IMG/VR virus record: IMGVR_UViG_3300017909_004705
Source of the DNA: a virus
Taxonomy: Duplodnaviria > Caudoviricetes
Length of the DNA: 64,000 nt
Strand: one strand, 5' to 3'
A program made the position numbers and the translations under genes. Shown piece by piece: positions 59,494-64,000 of this stretch. Position 1 is the first letter of the stretch; each line of letters begins with the position of its first letter. The notes under the pieces were generated by a model, which saw only the letters and a program-made list of their open reading frames with translations, was not told the origin of the DNA and did no database searches.

Positions 59494-60383
59494 AAAAAAA
59501 ATATTACTATAGTGAGATATTTCACAGCATACAAGGTGAGGGGCACTATACAGGAACACCAACTGCTTGGATAAGATTTTTCCTGTGTAATTTGCAGTGT
59601 AATGGATTTGGGCAGAAGGACCCAACTGACCCAAGCACGTATGAGTTGCCTTTTCAGGATTTCGATGTTGATAGTGTCAAACGTGTCGAGGACTTGCCTG
59701 TATGGGAAAAAGGTTGTGATAGTTCATACACATGGGCGAAGAAATTTAAGAAGTTGATGGGACACGAGACGCCGACTGTGTTGGCTGACAAGATTGTAAA
59801 TGTGCTGAAAACAGATACAAACATGAATGGTCTATTCCTCCATCCGAACTCAAGACAACACCAGCATCTGTGCTTTACAGGAGGTGAGCCGTTGATGATA
59901 ACAGGTCAGGCCGCAAGTGTAGGCATATACAGGGCATTAGAGAAGAAAGCAAACTTGCCTAGCTCTATGACATTTGAAACTAACGGCACACAAAAACTGA
60001 CTGAACCATTCAAGAAATGGGTAAAAGAGATTCCAGAAGAAATATTTTTCAGTGTTAGTCCAAAACTGTTCACAGTGTCTGGCGAGAAAACAGAAAAAGC
60101 GATCAAGCCAGCCAACGTAAGAGAGTATGCCGATTGTTCAGATAGAGGACAGTTGAAATTTGTGGTTGGTTCCTCAAGAAGAGAGTGGGAAGAACTTGAA
60201 AACACAGTTAGAAAATTTAGAGATGCAGGAGTGGATTGGCCTGTGTGGATAATGCCAACAGGAGCAAGAGAGGAGGAACAAACAGATACCGCTGGTAAAG
60301 TTGCAGAAGAGGCCTTTAAGAGAGGGTACAACGTTTCTGCAAGAGTACACGTGTATCTTTTTGGTAATGCAATCGGAACATAA
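59484..60383 (+). CDS. queE: 7-carboxy-7-deazaguanine synthase (radical SAM QueE)
   Basis: EIFHSIQGEG, CNLQC...CDS, TGGEP, ETNGT, SPKL and RVH motifs. Confidence 0.88.
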   Translation: MEVEKKYYYSEIFHSIQGEGHYTGTPTAWIRFFLCNLQCNGFGQKDPTDPSTYELPFQDFDVDSVKRVEDLPVWEKGCDSSYTWAKKFKKLMGHETPTVLADKIVNVLKTDTNMNGLFLHPNSRQHQHLCFTGGEPLMITGQAASVGIYRALEKKANLPSSMTFETNGTQKLTEPFKKWVKEIPEEIFFSVSPKLFTVSGEKTEKAIKPANVREYADCSDRGQLKFVVGSSRREWEELENTVRKFRDAGVDWPVWIMPTGAREEEQTDTAGKVAEEAFKRGYNVSARVHVYLFGNAIGT

Positions 60384-60386
60384 AAG

Positions 60387-60415
60387 TAGACTAATTAATA
60401 AAAATAAGGTATAAT
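60387..60415 (+). promoter_or_regulatory. sigma70-like promoter
   Basis: TAGACT-N17-TATAAT. Confidence 0.65.
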
Positions 60416-60421
60416 AGTAAT

Positions 60422-60751
60422 ATGAAGGTAAAGAAAACAGCAAAAAGCACACTGAAGAAGAAAACAACCAAGAAGGCATCTAAGAAAAGCGAAGAGCCCA
60501 TGGTCAAAGTACTGAACTTGAACGTGAATCCTGAGAATCCAAGAAATGGTTTCTTTGAACTTGATTGGAATGACGAATTTGTGAACATGTTACAACAGTC
60601 AGGATACCAAGGAGAGTCAGAAGAAGAGATTGTTGATAGATGGTTCCAAACACTTTGCAGAACGATCGGAAACGAGCAGGGCATAGACGTCACTGGATCT
60701 GGTTACGTACAGATCAACAGAAGAGACGACGGCAAGACCGAAGTCAGTTAA
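60422..60751 (+). CDS. Hypothetical protein
   Basis: Lys-rich N-tail; FELDWN motif; own promoter. Confidence 0.6.
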   Translation: MKVKKTAKSTLKKKTTKKASKKSEEPMVKVLNLNVNPENPRNGFFELDWNDEFVNMLQQSGYQGESEEEIVDRWFQTLCRTIGNEQGIDVTGSGYVQINRRDDGKTEVS

Positions 60752-60786
60752 TATCCTCCCAAATTTTCAACTATTAAATATTGTTG

Positions 60787-61827
60787 ATGTATAGCCTAGA
60801 TACCTTAAGTGAAATCAATTTTGAACTGAGCAGTCATTGTAATTCAAAATGCTCCCAGTGTCCAAGATACGACATGAAGGGATATGTCCGATCAGATTTA
60901 AATGTAACACACCTAGAGTTAGATATAATAGAAAATCTTCCCATTAACCAAATGAAGTCACTAAAAACAGTTTCTTTCTGTGGCAATTTTGGTGATCCTT
61001 TGATGCACCCACAACTGGATAAAATAATTGATTGTTTTCCTGAACAAAATATTTCAATAAGCACAAATGCATCTTTAAGAAATACAGAATGGTGGAGTAG
61101 TTTAGGAGCAATGAAAAATGTTACTGTGACTTTCTGCATAGATGGAATAGGAAAAGAGCATGAGATGTATCGACGCAATACCTCTTATGAAAAAATAATA
61201 AAAAACGCAGAGGCGTACATCAGATCTGGTGGCGAAGCAACATGGCAATTCATTCTTTTCAAACATAACGAACATCAGACACAGGAAGCAAAAAAAATAA
61301 GCAAGGAAATGGGATTTAAAAAAATTTCATTTTTATATTCCGATAGGTTCGACACACAAGACACATGGCAGGTATATGACGAGGGAGAATATCTTTATGA
61401 TCTAGAAAAATCTTCCCAACAAATTACCATGCGAGATGCTCTTGGGTCCGAAGTTGGTGAAAAGTACTGGAAGAATTTGTACAAAGGCAAAAAAGAAATA
61501 TCTTGCTATTGGAAACAGGAAAAAAAACTTTACATACATAGTGACGGTACAGTGTACCCTTGTTGTATGTTGGGCACTATAAATGCTGGTAAAAATATTG
61601 AAAAAGTACTTTTGAAGAAAATAGTGAAGGATTATCAAAATATTGATCTACATCACAACAGTCTGCAAGATGTATTACAATCAGACGTATTTCTCAAGGC
61701 ATTACCGGCTAGTTTCGGCGGTGATCCATTTTCCCACCCGATTTGTATAGAACACTGCAATAAGGCCACCGGTAAGTATGCGTTGGAAGGATTGAGTAGA
61801 GTCAATACAGATAGACAGTTCACATGA
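60787..61827 (+). CDS. Radical SAM protein with C-terminal SPASM/twitch domain
   Basis: CNSKCSQC, GNFGDP, CIDG, VYPCC and C-terminal C...C. Confidence 0.85.
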   Translation: MYSLDTLSEINFELSSHCNSKCSQCPRYDMKGYVRSDLNVTHLELDIIENLPINQMKSLKTVSFCGNFGDPLMHPQLDKIIDCFPEQNISISTNASLRNTEWWSSLGAMKNVTVTFCIDGIGKEHEMYRRNTSYEKIIKNAEAYIRSGGEATWQFILFKHNEHQTQEAKKISKEMGFKKISFLYSDRFDTQDTWQVYDEGEYLYDLEKSSQQITMRDALGSEVGEKYWKNLYKGKKEISCYWKQEKKLYIHSDGTVYPCCMLGTINAGKNIEKVLLKKIVKDYQNIDLHHNSLQDVLQSDVFLKALPASFGGDPFSHPICIEHCNKATGKYALEGLSRVNTDRQFT

Positions 61828-61840
61828 TTTGTGCTATAAT
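61812..61840 (+). promoter_or_regulatory. sigma70-like promoter of rnh
   Basis: TAGACA-N17-TATAAT with TGn. Confidence 0.7.
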
Positions 61841-61846
61841 GTACAC

Positions 61847-62833
61847 ATGGCCCACATATTAGTAGACACAGCAAACACATTCTTTAGAGCAAGGCACGTT
61901 ATCAGAGGAGATACGTCCGAAAAGGTGGGCATGGCCATACACATAATGATGAATTCGATTAAGAAAGCATGGCAAGATTTTGAAGGCGAACACCTTGTAT
62001 TTTGTTTGGAGGGCAGGTCTTGGCGTAAAGATCATTACGCACCATACAAAAGAAATAGAAAAGAAATGGCAGACGCAATGACCGAAAAAGAGAAAGAAGA
62101 GAACGAAGTTTTCTGGGAGTGCTATGACGATTTCTGTGATTTTATCAAAACGAAGACAAACGCAACTGTGCTTAGAAACGCAAGGACAGAAGCAGATGAC
62201 TTAATTGCAAGATGGATTGACAAACATCCTAACATGGACCATGTCATAATCAGTACAGATAAAGATCTTAATCAACTAGTGGCGAAAAATGTAAAACAGT
62301 ACAACGGTGTAACCGAAACGACTCTTACTAACGAAGGATGGTTTGACAGCAAGGGCAAACCTGTCATAGATAAAAAATTAAAAGCACCAAAACCGGCGCC
62401 GGACACAGAATGGATTGTGTTTGAAAAGGCGATGAGAGGTGATCCAAGTGATAACATTTTCAGTGCGTATCCAGGAGTAAGAACAAAAGGCACCAAAAAC
62501 AAAATAGGATTACAAGAAGCATTTGCTGATAGAAAAGAAAAAGGCTACACATGGAACAATTTAATGTTGACCAAATGGGTTGACCACGACGGAAATGAAC
62601 ACAGGGTCATGGAAGACTATGAGAGAAACAGATTGTTAGTTGATTTACATGCACAACCAGAAGCAATAATTGAGGAAATGGATCAAACTATTGCACAGGC
62701 CAAATCGGAAAACAAAAGTATAGATCAAGTCGGAATCAGATTCATGAGGTTCTGTGGCAAATATGATTTAAATAGAATTAGTGAGCAGGCACAACTTTAT
62801 GTTGAGCCATTTAATGCGAGGTTACAAGCATGA
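61847..62833 (+). CDS. rnh: RNase H / 5'-3' exonuclease (T4 Rnh-like)
   Basis: ILVD, SWRK..Y..YK.NR, EADD, STDKD and GD.SDNI motifs. Confidence 0.88.
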   Translation: MAHILVDTANTFFRARHVIRGDTSEKVGMAIHIMMNSIKKAWQDFEGEHLVFCLEGRSWRKDHYAPYKRNRKEMADAMTEKEKEENEVFWECYDDFCDFIKTKTNATVLRNARTEADDLIARWIDKHPNMDHVIISTDKDLNQLVAKNVKQYNGVTETTLTNEGWFDSKGKPVIDKKLKAPKPAPDTEWIVFEKAMRGDPSDNIFSAYPGVRTKGTKNKIGLQEAFADRKEKGYTWNNLMLTKWVDHDGNEHRVMEDYERNRLLVDLHAQPEAIIEEMDQTIAQAKSENKSIDQVGIRFMRFCGKYDLNRISEQAQLYVEPFNARLQA

Positions 62834-63333
62834 CAGTACGGGCAAAGACATTAGTAAAAGATAAATTCTGGATTGTTGAGCAGGATGGTCATAAATTAGG
62901 CACCCTACAAAAACAACAGGACAATGGTTGGATCTTTCTGAGTAAAAAAGATAAGAGAGAAGTGTTTCACACTCAGGAAAGTTTGTTCACTAAATTTGGA
63001 ATAGAAATGTTTGACGCTACAAACATCAAAAAACCAGAGGAAGAAATACAAACAGACAACTTTGATGTGCATGGTTATCCTTGTAGTCAACACCCTTACA
63101 ATCCAATGTTCGATGTGCAAAAGCAACTTCCAGTTTATACTAAGACTCCAAAAAGCAAAAGCCAATTTTGTGCAGGTTATTACATAATCTGTTTTGAAAA
63201 GGGCTGGAGAAAAGCGTATTGTCCAAAAATGATCACACTTTCCAGGTACAAGTACAAAGGTCCTATGAAAACAAAAATAGAAATGCAACAGGTATTAAAC
63301 AATGCAGTCAAAGAATTCCAAGATTCAAACTAG
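62830..63333 (+). CDS. Hypothetical protein
   Basis: ATGA coupling to rnh. Confidence 0.6.
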   Translation: MTVRAKTLVKDKFWIVEQDGHKLGTLQKQQDNGWIFLSKKDKREVFHTQESLFTKFGIEMFDATNIKKPEEEIQTDNFDVHGYPCSQHPYNPMFDVQKQLPVYTKTPKSKSQFCAGYYIICFEKGWRKAYCPKMITLSRYKYKGPMKTKIEMQQVLNNAVKEFQDSN

Positions 63334-63556
63334 GCCGATAGAAGATCTCATAGGTCGTATAAGAACATTGCGGCAGAAAGGTGAAAGACAGATAGTCTTG
63401 CAGGCCAAAGAAGCCGACCAACTTGCTGACTCCTTGACGCAAGTCATGACTAGAATGGTGACCATACAAGAAGAGATTATCGAAGCACTCAAAACCGCCA
63501 AAGAGGCCCAGACTGTAAACATAGAAATGGACGGCGGAGAGTTCAAGTCCAAATAA
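63302..63556 (+). CDS. Hypothetical coiled-coil protein
   Basis: Ends MDGGEF. Confidence 0.55.
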   Translation: MQSKNSKIQTRPIEDLIGRIRTLRQKGERQIVLQAKEADQLADSLTQVMTRMVTIQEEIIEALKTAKEAQTVNIEMDGGEFKSK

Positions 63557-63600
63557 CACAACACAATTTTTGGTAAATATAGTTGTATAGTTTTACAATT

Positions 63601-63888
63601 ATGAGCAGACCAAAACCCACAGTGTTATTACAACACAGCAATAAAAGTACCTACAAAATGGACGAGGTCCTAGCGGCCGAGGGCATTTGGGCAGTGTTCT
63701 ACGAAGGCAAACCAATCAATTTGAAATCTTCAAGTTTGGTTGCAAACTATCCAGGACCAAAATACAAGAAAGTGTCATTCTCCAACCCAGGACACGCGGA
63801 AAATTTAGCCAAGAAATTGAACGCACAACACAACACTGACAAGTTTGGCGTGTACCTTTTGAAGACCGGCGAAAAATTCAGTAGATAA
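63601..63888 (+). CDS. Hypothetical protein
   Basis: MSRPKP start; TAAATA upstream. Confidence 0.6.
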   Translation: MSRPKPTVLLQHSNKSTYKMDEVLAAEGIWAVFYEGKPINLKSSSLVANYPGPKYKKVSFSNPGHAENLAKKLNAQHNTDKFGVYLLKTGEKFSR

Positions 63889-63899
63889 TTAACATTACA

Positions 63900-64000
63900 A
63901 TGGATCGTAAAACAGCCTACACTCGAACCTTCATGGAACTGTTGGAGCAACCAATACATGATGAGACCATCAAGAACAACTACTACGCATGGTGGCAGAA
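63900..64000 (+). CDS. Hypothetical protein, 5' part (runs off the window)
   Basis: ATG 63900, frame open to the edge. Confidence 0.5.
   Translation, partial: MDRKTAYTRTFMELLEQPIHDETIKNNYYAWWQ

Noticed and set aside
59484-60383. NrdG/PFL activase
   Set aside because: SIQGEG, ETNG and SPK motifs plus the folE/dpdA context indicate QueE
1-64000. tRNA/rRNA genes, integrase, transposons, stop-codon reassignment
   Set aside because: None were recognisable; intergenic gaps are tiny and genes read intact with the standard code

Overview
The window is a 64 kb piece of a large, AT-rich (roughly 38-40% GC by eye) tailed dsDNA phage, T4-distant and myovirus-like. Almost all genes are on the + strand. 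Auxiliary genes (GuaC, AzgA permease, Prx5, DUF3553, DUF2061, UvsE) suggest a marine, probably alphaproteobacterial (SAR11-like) host; this is inference. Layout: 1-11.5 kb baseplate/tail-fibre genes with gp9/gp10-type N-termini and internal repeats. 11.8-19.1 kb a truncated DnaE-palm fragment, GroES, UvsE and a clamp loader. 19.1-23.8 kb lysis module. 23.9-27.6 kb DnaJ-Def-ClpA. 30.3-41.5 kb an island of proteins with shared MK(I)xE leaders and Glu-delimited modules. 41.6-46.6 kb PolB and sliding clamp. 46.6-60.4 kb a 7-deazaguanine DNA-modification plus purine-salvage region. 60.4-64 kb radical SAM, RNase H and conserved hypotheticals. Best candidates for undescribed biology: (1) a QueC-less DpdA/DpdL-like/FolE/QueE deazaguanine pathway with an embedded glycosyltransferase-GalE pair, an amidinotransferase and a guanine-recycling set, suggesting a new hypermodified base; (2) a putative capsid-packaged, protease-processed polyprotein cargo island carrying Cu/Zn-SOD, a flavoprotein, PCD and a nucleotidyltransferase-nucleotidase; (3) window-wide leaderless transcription architecture; (4) strong GCWGC avoidance. 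All calls come from motif recognition by eye; no searches were run.
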